Assembly: GCA_030603365.1 (NCBI GenBank) | Contig: JAUVXV010000004.1 | Span: 128,001-192,000 of the forward strand | DNA length: 64,000 nucleotides | Source of the DNA: Candidatus Heimdallarchaeota archaeon | GTDB taxonomy: Archaea; Asgardarchaeota; Heimdallarchaeia; Heimdallarchaeales; Heimdallarchaeaceae | Reading direction: 5' to 3' | Shown here: positions 48,084 to 57,525 of the stretch, one piece after another | How positions within the stretch are numbered: position 1 is the first letter of the stretch | Layout: the number at the start of each line of letters is the position of its first letter | Notes under the pieces: model-generated | What the model was told of the DNA's origin: nothing | Database searches by the model: none | Seen by the model: only the letters and a program-made list of their open reading frames with translations | Position numbers and translations under genes: made by a program

Positions 48084-48502
48084 AGCGTTCAAGAATCCTT
48101 TTTCTCACTGTTGCTGTTCTTTTAATCGTTCTTTTAAGTGTTGGATTATTTCTGTATATTCAAAATCGAATGGTGATTGAAAGTGACAAAGAAGTGGAAA
48201 TTTTAGCTGTGATAAACTTTGGAACATTAAAAGCAACAGAAAATCTTGAAGAACATTACATCAATGTTACAGAAGGAAGTTCTGCACTGGAAGCTTTTTC
48301 TCTTGTTGCAGAATTAACAATTGTAAATTTTCCATTTGGAGCTTATATACAAGGAGTTGATGGCTATCTTGAGGAAGGAGCTGATTTTTGGTTTTTCTAT
48401 TATTATGATAATGGCCTAGAAGAATGGGTTTATTCCTCTGTGGGTGTTAGCCACTATTATTTACATGAAGGAGACAGAATTAAATTACAATACAGTGGAT
48501 AA
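48080..48502 (+). CDS. DUF4430 (transcobalamin-like C-terminal domain) membrane-anchored protein
   Basis: FGAYIQGVDG, FWFFY, SSVGVSHYYLHEGDRI. Confidence 0.8.
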   Translation: MKRSRILFLTVAVLLIVLLSVGLFLYIQNRMVIESDKEVEILAVINFGTLKATENLEEHYINVTEGSSALEAFSLVAELTIVNFPFGAYIQGVDGYLEEGADFWFFYYYDNGLEEWVYSSVGVSHYYLHEGDRIKLQYSG

Positions 48503-48552
48503 CGAAATAATAGAAATAATACTTATGAAAAACACATTAATGGAGTTTAATA

Positions 48553-49431
48553 ATGACACAAAATAAAGGCACTTTCGTATTGATTGTCTATAAAACAAGC
48601 AAACCAACAATTTTTGTGATACTGCCTTTATTATTGATTAGCTTCATTGTAGGCATTCTCTACTCAAATATAGATTCACTTTTGAGTTTGTTCTCAACAA
48701 GTGGAGAAGACTACTCATTTCAAATTCTGGAGGGGGTAATTTTTATGTCTGTAACTGTTGTGAGTGCTTTTTTGATAGTTATTGCTATTCGAAAAAATCT
48801 TGTTCAGTTATTAAAAATGTTTTTTACTTTTATTTTTTTCATTTCATCAGTTAGTATTCTTTGGGTTCATGGGTATCTATTAGAACTTACGTTTTCGATT
48901 AATTCCTACTGGTTAGAAATAATCTTTGCTATTGTTGGTGGGATAGTAGGTATATTTACTGTGTATGTTGTAATCTTTGAGAAATCTGGTGTTAGATTGA
49001 AGAACATAATTATTTTTATTTTGGGTATTGCTATGGGTACTGTCTTTGGTGCAGTTTTCTCAATAGCTTCCTTTCTTACACTTATAATCTTGATTTCTTT
49101 GTTTGATATTTATTCGGTTTTCAAAGGTCCCATTAACCAACTTCTGAAAAAAACGAACATGTCCCTGTCCCAAAATACATCTTCTAGTATAAAACCTACG
49201 ATAGCAATCGGAATCGGGGATTTTGTGTTTTATTCATCACTTGTTACATTCATTACAAAGGAACTAGGACCAAATCTTGGTTTTGCTACCATTATTGGAA
49301 TTTTGGTGGGGATAAAAATGACAGAGAATTTACTAGTGAAATATGGAAAATTTCCTGGCTTACCCCTACCAATTTTCCTTTCTCTATTATTGGTTTTAAT
49401 TGGTTGGTTAGTAACAAAATATGTCATATAA
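48553..49431 (+). CDS. Presenilin-like GxGD intramembrane aspartyl protease
   Basis: LFDIYSVFKGP, IGIGDFVFYSSLV, PGLP (PAL equivalent); about 9 TM helices. Confidence 0.88.
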   Translation: MTQNKGTFVLIVYKTSKPTIFVILPLLLISFIVGILYSNIDSLLSLFSTSGEDYSFQILEGVIFMSVTVVSAFLIVIAIRKNLVQLLKMFFTFIFFISSVSILWVHGYLLELTFSINSYWLEIIFAIVGGIVGIFTVYVVIFEKSGVRLKNIIIFILGIAMGTVFGAVFSIASFLTLIILISLFDIYSVFKGPINQLLKKTNMSLSQNTSSSIKPTIAIGIGDFVFYSSLVTFITKELGPNLGFATIIGILVGIKMTENLLVKYGKFPGLPLPIFLSLLLVLIGWLVTKYVI

Positions 49432-49506
49432 TACCCTTTATCTAATTTCATTTGATGCGAACAAAAATCAAAAGGTTTAAAATGGCAGATAAGGCTAACA
49501 GCTCGG

Positions 49507-49929
49507 TTGAATAAGGTGTCTAGTCGAAAGTTTAGATATAGAGGATATACACTGGAAGAATTAAAACAGATGTCCATGGATGAAATATTGGGTTTATTAC
49601 CCTCTAGAAGAAGGAGAAGCTTATCTCGTCAAGAATTTTGGACACCAAGAAGGAAGAAACTCTTAGAAGATATAAGAAAAGCAATGGAAGCTCAAGAAAA
49701 AGGAGATAGATCTGTAGTAAGAACTCATGTTAGGGATATGCCTATTTTGCCTGAAATGGTTGGAGCTACTATAGGAGTATACAATGGTCGTGAATTCTTA
49801 GAAATTGAAATTCAGCCACAAATGATAGGACATCTATTGGGAGAATTCTCTCCAAGTACTAAAGTAGTTAGACATGGTGCTCCTGGAATAGGTGCAACAA
49901 GGTCATCATTATATGTCCCTCTTAAATAA
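49507..49929 (+). CDS. rps19p: 30S ribosomal protein uS19 (archaeal)
   Basis: FRYRGYTLEEL, RTHVRDMPILPEMVG, GATRSSLYVPLK. Confidence 0.96.
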   Translation: MNKVSSRKFRYRGYTLEELKQMSMDEILGLLPSRRRRSLSRQEFWTPRRKKLLEDIRKAMEAQEKGDRSVVRTHVRDMPILPEMVGATIGVYNGREFLEIEIQPQMIGHLLGEFSPSTKVVRHGAPGIGATRSSLYVPLK

Positions 49930-49982
49930 CCTTTTTCGTTCTTTTCTACTCAAATTTTTTAAACAAGCTTATATTGATTTAG

Positions 49983-50369
49983 TTGATGAATTCTCCTGAT
50001 GATGTAGTTGAAATAAAAGTTCCTAGAGAATCAAAAGCATTTCAAAGATTAGTGAAGAACTTAACTATTGATCTGCTTTGGATATGGATTCTAAAACTTC
50101 TTAGAAGTGGACCCAAATATGCTTATCAACTAAAACAAGAGATTCAAGAGCATTTTAATTTTAGTCCTGCTACTGTTACCAATTATACGATATTATATTT
50201 ACTTGAAAAAGAAGGATTGGTAGAAAAGACAGAAATGACTAACAGTATTGAAAGAATAGATAGAAAATACTATGTAATTACTGAATATGGGGAAGAAGTA
50301 ATGAGCGAGGCTGAACAATATCTTGCAGCAACTTATAAGAAACTATTTTCAGAGAATATTAGTATATAA
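49983..50369 (+). CDS. PadR family transcriptional regulator
   Basis: LWIWILKLL, YAYQL, LEKEGL, RKYYVITEYG. Confidence 0.88.
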   Translation: MMNSPDDVVEIKVPRESKAFQRLVKNLTIDLLWIWILKLLRSGPKYAYQLKQEIQEHFNFSPATVTNYTILYLLEKEGLVEKTEMTNSIERIDRKYYVITEYGEEVMSEAEQYLAATYKKLFSENISI

Positions 50370-50454
50370 ATAAAGTTGCTCTTTTTTCAACAAACTTAAA
50401 AATTCATAATTAGCAAGAGAGTTAGGTGTAGCACAATGAAGGTGAATATTTAAA

Positions 50455-50727
50455 ATGCCTAAGAAAAGAAAATCGGGAGGAAGATCTGGAGGCAAAAGAG
50501 GAAGAGCTTCTGGTATTCAGTGCCATTCATGTGGAAAACTTGTTCCTTCTGATAAAGCAAAAAAATTCTCTATTTATACTAGTGCAGTAGATTATCGTTT
50601 AGCAAAGGAGCTTAGAGATGAAGGTACGATAATTCCAAGAGAAAAGAAAATAGTATATTACTGTATTTCTTGCTCAATTCATAGAGGAAGAACGAACATT
50701 AGAGCAAAGGATCAAAGAAGAAGTTAA
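50455..50727 (+). CDS. rps26e: 30S ribosomal protein eS26
   Basis: MPKKRKSGGR, CxxCG, P-x-DKA, YCISCSIH. Confidence 0.95.
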   Translation: MPKKRKSGGRSGGKRGRASGIQCHSCGKLVPSDKAKKFSIYTSAVDYRLAKELRDEGTIIPREKKIVYYCISCSIHRGRTNIRAKDQRRS

Positions 50728-50770
50728 AACTTTTTTCTTATTTATTTTTCTTTCTTTTTCCTTTTCATTT
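50728..50770 (+). terminator. T-rich archaeal terminator-like tract
   Basis: Several oligo-T runs immediately after the rps26e stop. Confidence 0.45.
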
Positions 50771-50784
50771 CAGGAGCTAATTAC

Positions 50785-51354
50785 ATGTTAACTTTTGTTA
50801 TTGTTTCTTCAACAGTGAGAAAAAACTCACAACGAACAATTAAATCAGTTGTAGGAGGTCAAGAAAGATTTGATGTTTTAGCTAGGTGTCTTCTAAATTT
50901 AGATAGATGGAAGAGTAGAATCGGACATGATTTGAATCTTATTATATTTCTTTCTCATCCAGAAGAACAAAAAGCACTAAATATTCCACTGAAAAGTCTC
51001 CCTAATCCTCTAAAAAGTGAGTTAGACTCTGTAATTCACTTAATAGAAATCTTTTCCAAACCAGAGCAATTTAACTCAAGATTTACCACTATGAATTTCG
51101 AGAATCTTATTGGTGATTTCTCCAATTCTTCAACTATTTACTACCTAACTCCAGATGGCGTACAAATTCAAGAAATTTCTAAAGAATTTAACCAAAATAA
51201 GGAAATGTGTTTTATATTGGGAAGCCAACATGATTTATCCGAAATTCAAGAAAATGCTTTACAAAAAATTGGGGTAATTCCCGTTAGCTTGGGGGAAAAG
51301 GATTATCTTGCTTCTCATGTGATTACAATTATCTGCCATCATTTTCTATCCTAA
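50785..51354 (+). CDS. trmY: TrmY-like SPOUT tRNA (pseudouridine54-N1) methyltransferase
   Basis: GGQERFDVLARC, FILGSQHDL, VSLGEKDYLASHVITI. Confidence 0.7.
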   Translation: MLTFVIVSSTVRKNSQRTIKSVVGGQERFDVLARCLLNLDRWKSRIGHDLNLIIFLSHPEEQKALNIPLKSLPNPLKSELDSVIHLIEIFSKPEQFNSRFTTMNFENLIGDFSNSSTIYYLTPDGVQIQEISKEFNQNKEMCFILGSQHDLSEIQENALQKIGVIPVSLGEKDYLASHVITIICHHFLS

Positions 51355-51419
51355 ATAAGAGCTGATGGTTGCTTCTTTGGCAAAAATTTTAATTTAGGAA
51401 CTACAACTATCAAAATGAA

Positions 51420-51659
51420 ATGGAAGAAGATAAACCCCCAATTATCACAAAGAAAATCTTAGCCTTGGGTTTTACAGCTCCCTTTTTATTTAGTGTATTG
51501 GGAATGATAATTGCTTATTTTGCAACTAGAACTCTTTCTGAACGTATAAGGAATATTTCGCTGATCGTTGCTACATTTGTTGGACTATTTGTGTCAATAG
51601 GTTTGATATTCCTCATGCAATGGCACATTAATAGGAAAATAGCAAAAACCGATAGTTAA
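51420..51659 (+). CDS. Small 2-TM membrane protein
   Basis: Two hydrophobic helices. Confidence 0.65.
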   Translation: MEEDKPPIITKKILALGFTAPFLFSVLGMIIAYFATRTLSERIRNISLIVATFVGLFVSIGLIFLMQWHINRKIAKTDS

Positions 51660-51780
51660 AATTTTGATTGATTTGTTTCTTGGTAATTTATGTTATTTAC
51701 AATACTTTTGATTTGCGTGTAAAACGGAAATTTTTTAAAATCAGTTAAGTATTCAAAATATAACTTCGAGGGCTTTTAAA

Positions 51781-53106
51781 ATGTCTACAAAACGAAGAAA
51801 AATACTTATAATGGGTGCTGCAGGTCGAGATTTTCATAATTTCAATACTTATTATAGAAACAATGAGTCATATGAAGTAGTTGCATTTACCGCAACTCAG
51901 ATTCCTGACATAGTTGACCGCAAATATCCTTCTGAACTTTCTGGAGATTTATATCCTGAAGGTATTCCAATATTTGATGAGAGCGAACTCATTGACCTAA
52001 TAAAGAGATTTGATGTTGATGAAGTAGTATTCTCTTATTCAGATGTTACTCATGAATATGTTATGCATAAAGCTTCTTTGGTTAATGCAGTAGGTCCAGC
52101 TTTTTCACTCTTAGGAACAAAAGGTACAATGATAAAAAGCACAAAACCCTTGATTAGTGTATGTGCAGTTAGAACAGGGAGTGGAAAATCTCAAACTTCC
52201 CGAAAAATAGTTCAACTTTTACATGATTCTGGAAAGAAGATTGTAGCTATTCGTCACCCTATGCCTTATGGTGATCTAGCTAAACAAGCTGTCCAAAGAT
52301 TTGCTGAATATTCTGATTTAGATAAGCATGAAACCACTATAGAAGAGAGAGAGGAATATGAACCATATATCGACAAAGGTTTAGTTATTTATTCTGGCGT
52401 TGATTATGAAGCTATATTGCGAGAAGCTGAAAAAGAAGCTGATGTAATTCTATGGGATGGTGGCAATAATGATTTTTCATTCTATGAAAGCGATTTAAAT
52501 ATAGTTGTTGCAGATCCTCATAGAGTTGGACATGAACTTACATATCATCCAGGAGAAACTAATTTGAACCTCGCGGATGTGGTTTTAGTAAATAAAATTA
52601 CTACAACTTCATACGAGAATGTCATGCAACTTGAAGAGAATATAAGAAACACCAATCCTAAAGCTATCATTATTGAAGCCGCATCACCGATATTCTTAGA
52701 TAAACCAGATTTAGTAAAAGGTAAAAGAGTACTAGTCATTGAAGATGGACCAACGTTAACTCATGGTGGAATGAAGTATGGTGCTGGTGTAGTTGCAGCT
52801 AGACGATATGGTGCAAAAGAGTTAGTAGATCCTCGTCCATATCTTGTTGGTAGTATGAAGGAAACTTTTGAACATTATCCTGAAATAGGAACACTCTTAC
52901 CTGCTATGGGTTATTTTGAGCAGCAACTAAAAGATATGGAGGAAACAATCAACGGTACTGATTGTGATGTTGTGGTATCAGCAACACCAATTGATATAAC
53001 TCGTCTTATCAAAATCAATAAACCAATAGTCAGAGTAAAGTATGAACTTGAAGAAATAGGTTATCCTACATTAGAAGACATTCTTAGAGACAAGGGATTT
53101 CTTTAA
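51781..53106 (+). CDS. Cyclic 2,3-diphosphoglycerate synthase-like P-loop protein
   Basis: GAAGRDFHNFN, RTGSGKS, RHPMPYG, WDGGNND, EDGPTLTHGGM. Confidence 0.85.
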   Translation: MSTKRRKILIMGAAGRDFHNFNTYYRNNESYEVVAFTATQIPDIVDRKYPSELSGDLYPEGIPIFDESELIDLIKRFDVDEVVFSYSDVTHEYVMHKASLVNAVGPAFSLLGTKGTMIKSTKPLISVCAVRTGSGKSQTSRKIVQLLHDSGKKIVAIRHPMPYGDLAKQAVQRFAEYSDLDKHETTIEEREEYEPYIDKGLVIYSGVDYEAILREAEKEADVILWDGGNNDFSFYESDLNIVVADPHRVGHELTYHPGETNLNLADVVLVNKITTTSYENVMQLEENIRNTNPKAIIIEAASPIFLDKPDLVKGKRVLVIEDGPTLTHGGMKYGAGVVAARRYGAKELVDPRPYLVGSMKETFEHYPEIGTLLPAMGYFEQQLKDMEETINGTDCDVVVSATPIDITRLIKINKPIVRVKYELEEIGYPTLEDILRDKGFL

Positions 53107-53215
53107 TTCTGCCTTTTATTCCTTCTTTTTTTTCCTCATAATTTTCTAATAATCTATATTAAAGAATTGTTTGAAAGGTCTTAATCTTATTAAATTCACA
53201 TTTTGAATTTCAATT

Positions 53216-53656
53216 ATGGCTGATAAACACGTTCCTCCCTTGAAAGATCTATTATGTTTAACCATACCTGATTTGGTCGAACCATCTCCAAAAGGAACCA
53301 ATGTTGCTTACATTGTAACTAAGACAAATTGGCGTGTAAATAGATATTAAAGAGAGTGTTTTGTTTATAATACTCAAACAAAACAAACACATAAGATTAC
53401 TGATGCTTTAACAATTTCTAATCTTCGTTGGTTAAATGAGAATAGAGTTCCATTATTAAACACTACTGAGCTTCACAGAGGTTTGAAGCATCAAGGAGTT
53501 CCAGTTGGGTTCCTTATGTATCCGGGTATGCCCCATGGAATAAACAAACCTCGTGAAAATCATGCAGTTTTATCACAAAATCTTAAGTGGTTCTCTCATT
53601 ATCTTCTAGGTGAAGGGATAGATTTCTTCTCAGAAAATAAAGAAGAATCATCTTAA
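53216..53656 (+). pseudogene. S9 family (acylaminoacyl/dipeptidyl) peptidase pseudogene with large internal deletion
   Basis: In frame: N-terminal propeller start (SPKGTNVAYIV), TAA at 53348, then ...LRWLNEN joined directly to catalytic C-terminus RVPLLN...MYPGMPHGINKPREN...WFSHYL. Confidence 0.8.
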
Positions 53657-53720
53657 CCTTTTTTTTAATTATAAAAAACAAGTTTTATATTCAAATCTGA
53701 TTATTTGAATATGAATTTAC

Positions 53721-54521
53721 ATGACCTCAATAGAATTAAGTGAGATTATTGAAGATGGTTCAGATGTTTTAATTGTTCTTGATTCAAGAAAGCGTTGGTT
53801 AACTAAAGCTATTACTGGAAAGCAATTTCATTGCCATAAAGGTTTTTTTGACTTTGATCAAATTATGGGAAAACCATATGGTATTAGTGTTAAGACAAAC
53901 AAATCCATTGAACTAACTATTTACAAACCAATCCCAAGTGACTTTTTAAAACAAATTCCACATAGTTCTCAGATAATTTATACTAAAGATGCAGGTCTAA
54001 TTCTACTGAATGGTGGGATACATCCAGGTTGTATTGTTCTAGAAGCAGGAACAGGAAGTGGAGCTTTAACCTCGATTTTGGCTAAGTATGTGGGTTCGGA
54101 AGGTCATGTTTATACTTATGAAAACAGAGAAGATGCTTACAATAATGCGAAGAAGAATTTGGAAAGGTTAGGATTGGAATCCCAGGTAACAATGAAATTT
54201 CAAGATGCGTCAAATGGATTTGATGAACAAAAGGTTGATGCAGTCGTATTAGATCTGGGAGATCCATGTGAAATCATACCTCATGCCCGCACAGCATTAA
54301 AATCAGGTGGAGTTATCACTATATTTATGCCAACTTATAATCAAATTGAAAGAGTATATGTCCAATTGGAAGAATATAATTTTGGAGATATTCAAGCTCT
54401 AGAGTTAATTCTTCGAGGTATACAATTAAAAAGAAATGCCATTAGACCAAATACAAGGATGATTGGACATACAGGATTTTTGATATTTGCACGTAAGCTT
54501 GTTGGAGAAAAAGACCTATGA
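53721..54521 (+). CDS. trmI: tRNA (adenine-57/58-N1)-methyltransferase
   Basis: QIIYTKD, LEAGTGSGALT, LDL, MIGHTGFL. Confidence 0.92.
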   Translation: MTSIELSEIIEDGSDVLIVLDSRKRWLTKAITGKQFHCHKGFFDFDQIMGKPYGISVKTNKSIELTIYKPIPSDFLKQIPHSSQIIYTKDAGLILLNGGIHPGCIVLEAGTGSGALTSILAKYVGSEGHVYTYENREDAYNNAKKNLERLGLESQVTMKFQDASNGFDEQKVDAVVLDLGDPCEIIPHARTALKSGGVITIFMPTYNQIERVYVQLEEYNFGDIQALELILRGIQLKRNAIRPNTRMIGHTGFLIFARKLVGEKDL

Positions 54522-54988
54522 ACATAGTCTTTAGATGTAATCTTTGTGAAACAATTAATGAAATTCCTAGTGAATTTAGATATCGATTATGCAGAAAATG
54601 TGGTGCTATAGTAACATATGTTACAGGAGAATCGATAATTTGTGAAGAAGCCAATTATGATTGTGACGACTTCACTAAGGAAACAAGCTTATCTCTAGAA
54701 TTAGCAGAAAAATTTTTTCTTCTTGCCGAATCTCAAACAGAACTAGTTTCCAGTATAATTCAAAAACATGAAAATAAATCGTCAAAACTCTTGGATATTC
54801 CAGCTGCTTCCTTACCTGATACAGTTTTACTTCTGCTTAAAGAGAATAGCACAGAAACTTTTGATGAATTAGTAAGAAACTGCCAATTGTTTAATATCAA
54901 TTTGAAAAAATTGGAACAGATAATTAAAAGAATGAAAAATGAAGGTATAGTTTACCACCCGCAAGGATGGTTAATACGTTTGATTTAG
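54518..54988 (+). CDS. Zn-ribbon plus C-terminal winged-helix protein
   Basis: CNLC...CRKC and C-terminal IKRMKNEGIVYHP; overlaps the trmI stop. Confidence 0.7.
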   Translation: MNIVFRCNLCETINEIPSEFRYRLCRKCGAIVTYVTGESIICEEANYDCDDFTKETSLSLELAEKFFLLAESQTELVSSIIQKHENKSSKLLDIPAASLPDTVLLLLKENSTETFDELVRNCQLFNINLKKLEQIIKRMKNEGIVYHPQGWLIRLI

Positions 54989-54998
54989 TAGTTTACAT

Positions 54999-55604
54999 CT
55001 AATATTTTCTTTTGGCCAATTTTTCTTTAATCCAACCATATAAGATGAAAACAATTACTCCTAATACTGCAACCGCAAAGGTTATACCAACACCTATAAT
55101 AACGTTAGAAGGACCTCCGTAATCAACTATTGAAACTGTAATATTTTCAGCAGCAATATACTTCCTTCCATAAGCTCCAAAACTTGGATGAGGGTGATAT
55201 ACATCAACTGCCCAAAAATAAATAGTAACATTATACTCAGCTTCTGGATTTGTAATTTCAGCTCGAAGCGTTCCTGTCAGACTCGCACCAGGTTCTAGCG
55301 AATTATGGTCTGTATCAAACTTTTGTGTATATGTGCTGTTGAGTCTAGCGTTTCCTCCATTGTGAACAAATTCTGCTTTTAATGATTCCACTGTTATGGT
55401 TTGATCTCCAAAATTAACGATTGTAGCAAAAATACTAACTACATTATTTCTGGTGATGCTTGTTTCTGACATTCTACCATTAAAGGCAGCAATATACTGT
55501 TCTGACTGTGCTTGAGTTAATCTTGTGACTGGATTTAGTGATAATGTAAAGAATATTACAAAAGTACTTAATTTTATTAACAGCTTCTTGTTCATTGAAA
55601 TCAT
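54999..55604 (-). CDS. Secreted Ig-like (CARDB-like) protein with C-terminal TM
   Basis: Signal peptide, ATIVNFG...LEPGAS beta pattern, C-terminal TM and basic tail. Confidence 0.7.
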   Translation of the reverse strand: MISMNKKLLIKLSTFVIFFTLSLNPVTRLTQAQSEQYIAAFNGRMSETSITRNNVVSIFATIVNFGDQTITVESLKAEFVHNGGNARLNSTYTQKFDTDHNSLEPGASLTGTLRAEITNPEAEYNVTIYFWAVDVYHPHPSFGAYGRKYIAAENITVSIVDYGGPSNVIIGVGITFAVAVLGVIVFILYGWIKEKLAKRKY

Positions 55605-56233
55605 CCTTCTTCTATAAGTAATAATGAAAGCTCTCTTTTCAGGTTGCTTAATGACCTTTCAATTCTCTTCTCATAAGTATTATCAATGCTGATTTTTCCA
55701 TCAGCTGTTTTTACTATTATTCCACCCATGCTTGTAATATACTCACTTGAAAGACTTATTTTAGCATCGAATTTGTGTTCTTTCAGCTGTTTTGCGACCT
55801 TCTCGAAGAATTGATTTGTAAAAATCTTCTTATCATCTTCCCTACAATAAACTATAATTTCAGGCTGTTTAAGGGAAAAAACTGCTTCTACTGCAAGTTT
55901 TTCAAGGTTTTTCTTGTATTCAACAGTTCCAGCAACTGATTTTAATTTTTCTTTAGCTTTATCAATAAATCCAGCAACTAAATCATCGCGATATTTTGTG
56001 ATTTTTAGCTTGAGTTCTAATTCATATTTTGCCTTTTCTTTCATGAATTCTGAATCAGCTTTAGCTTTCGATCTTTCTACTATTTTTTCCTTTACGTTTT
56101 GGATTTTAGTAGCTGTTTCTTTCTTAATCGCGTCTATAGATTTCTTTTGTTCAGCAACGATTTCTTTGATCAGCTTTTCTGTATTTTCCTCAATCTTCTT
56201 AGTTATTTCAGGATTAGTATGTTTCTCATTCAT
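55601..56233 (-). CDS. atpE: A/V-type ATP synthase subunit E
   Basis: Long N-terminal coiled coil followed by MGGIIV...ISIDNTYEKR; ATG at 56233 is the likelier start. Confidence 0.82.
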   Translation of the reverse strand: MNEKHTNPEITKKIEENTEKLIKEIVAEQKKSIDAIKKETATKIQNVKEKIVERSKAKADSEFMKEKAKYELELKLKITKYRDDLVAGFIDKAKEKLKSVAGTVEYKKNLEKLAVEAVFSLKQPEIIVYCREDDKKIFTNQFFEKVAKQLKEHKFDAKISLSSEYITSMGGIIVKTADGKISIDNTYEKRIERSLSNLKRELSLLLIEEG

Positions 56234-56340
56234 TGTAATCCTCTCAAGGGTGGGAGAATTTGTTAAGGACTTCATAAATCGGCATATAAGAATTTTGGTT
56301 AGGAATTGAAATTTGATTCCTAATACATTAAGCAGCTTAT

Positions 56341-57420
56341 CTACTCTTCAAACAATGTTTCATCTGTTGCATATTTGTAAGCAACTAAAAACAAACCGAA
56401 GAATATGACAGCTGAGAGGGCTACAATAACTGTAACAAATATTTCTGGATGTGTGAAGGTTCGGATAAAGAAATTCATAGCTATAAAAATTGGAACCATT
56501 AATGAGCCTGCTGCTCCTCCTGAACTACCACCTTTAGGTGTTTTCTTTCTCCATCTGATGATAGTTTCGAAAGCACTCAGTGATACTGCTACAATGTTTA
56601 TGACAAGCATTGCAATACCTGTTGTTGTCCAATCAGTAATTGGGGAACTAGTATTGTTATCTACAAAAAGATACAAAACTAGAAAAATTGCGAACAGCGC
56701 GATTTTGATTAACATCCCAATTCTCTCTCCTAATTCTTTTTTATATGACACTTGAGATGCTCCTTCTCTCAGGAAAACGAAGAAATTACCAACTGCTATC
56801 GCGCAAGCTAGACATAGAACAATTCCATAAAAGACTGGTGAGTAATTGGCCCACATTGTCCAGATCGGTTCTAAAAGCTCATTATATTGAGCAAAAAACG
56901 CTATAGCAACCATTAACGGAATTGCTGCTAGGAATAGTCCTGGAATAACAATAAGTATCGCTGGAACATTTTTCTTTACACCGAAAGCATATAATATCAA
57001 TTTTACAGCAAAGAAGGCCCCAAATACGGCAATTATTGGACCTGCAAAAGGCAGTATCAAGAAAAACAAACAGAATATTGCATTTACCATATAAAAAATC
57101 TTAGTGTCAATTCTTACCTTACCAAGTGCTCTCCACATCAGTTCATATGAATTAGCTACCCTTGTAGCTCTAATTGCTGAAACTAATACAAAAGGTAAAG
57201 CAAAAATAAGGGGGGCAATAAACTGCAGTATTACATCTTCTGCTCCCAATACTGCTGGTGGTTTTGGTGCCCAAGGATTTGTTCCCCAGAAGAAGAACCC
57301 ATCAAGGGTCATATCTACCATTGGTTGAACATTCATCCAAATATAGAAGTATGCTGGAAAAATGAATATTTGTAATAAAACTAATAGTCTGTTAACCATT
57401 AACCCTCTTAATTCTACCAT
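56341..57420 (-). CDS. Hypothetical polytopic membrane protein
   Basis: About 10 hydrophobic segments, no recognised motif. Confidence 0.75.
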   Translation of the reverse strand: MVELRGLMVNRLLVLLQIFIFPAYFYIWMNVQPMVDMTLDGFFFWGTNPWAPKPPAVLGAEDVILQFIAPLIFALPFVLVSAIRATRVANSYELMWRALGKVRIDTKIFYMVNAIFCLFFLILPFAGPIIAVFGAFFAVKLILYAFGVKKNVPAILIVIPGLFLAAIPLMVAIAFFAQYNELLEPIWTMWANYSPVFYGIVLCLACAIAVGNFFVFLREGASQVSYKKELGERIGMLIKIALFAIFLVLYLFVDNNTSSPITDWTTTGIAMLVINIVAVSLSAFETIIRWRKKTPKGGSSGGAAGSLMVPIFIAMNFFIRTFTHPEIFVTVIVALSAVIFFGLFLVAYKYATDETLFEE

Positions 57421-57525
57421 GAGAGCACCTTGATAAAGAGTGACTTGCTAAATAAAAAACGTTTCCTTTTAAAGCCATCAACTAAACTTTCTTAAATTAA
57501 TTTTTACTATAATCTACTGAGGGTA

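Noticed and set aside
53348-53350. Stop-codon readthrough or recoding in the S9 peptidase remnant
   Set aside because: The stop is TAA and the catalytic Ser region is deleted, so a pseudogene is the simpler reading
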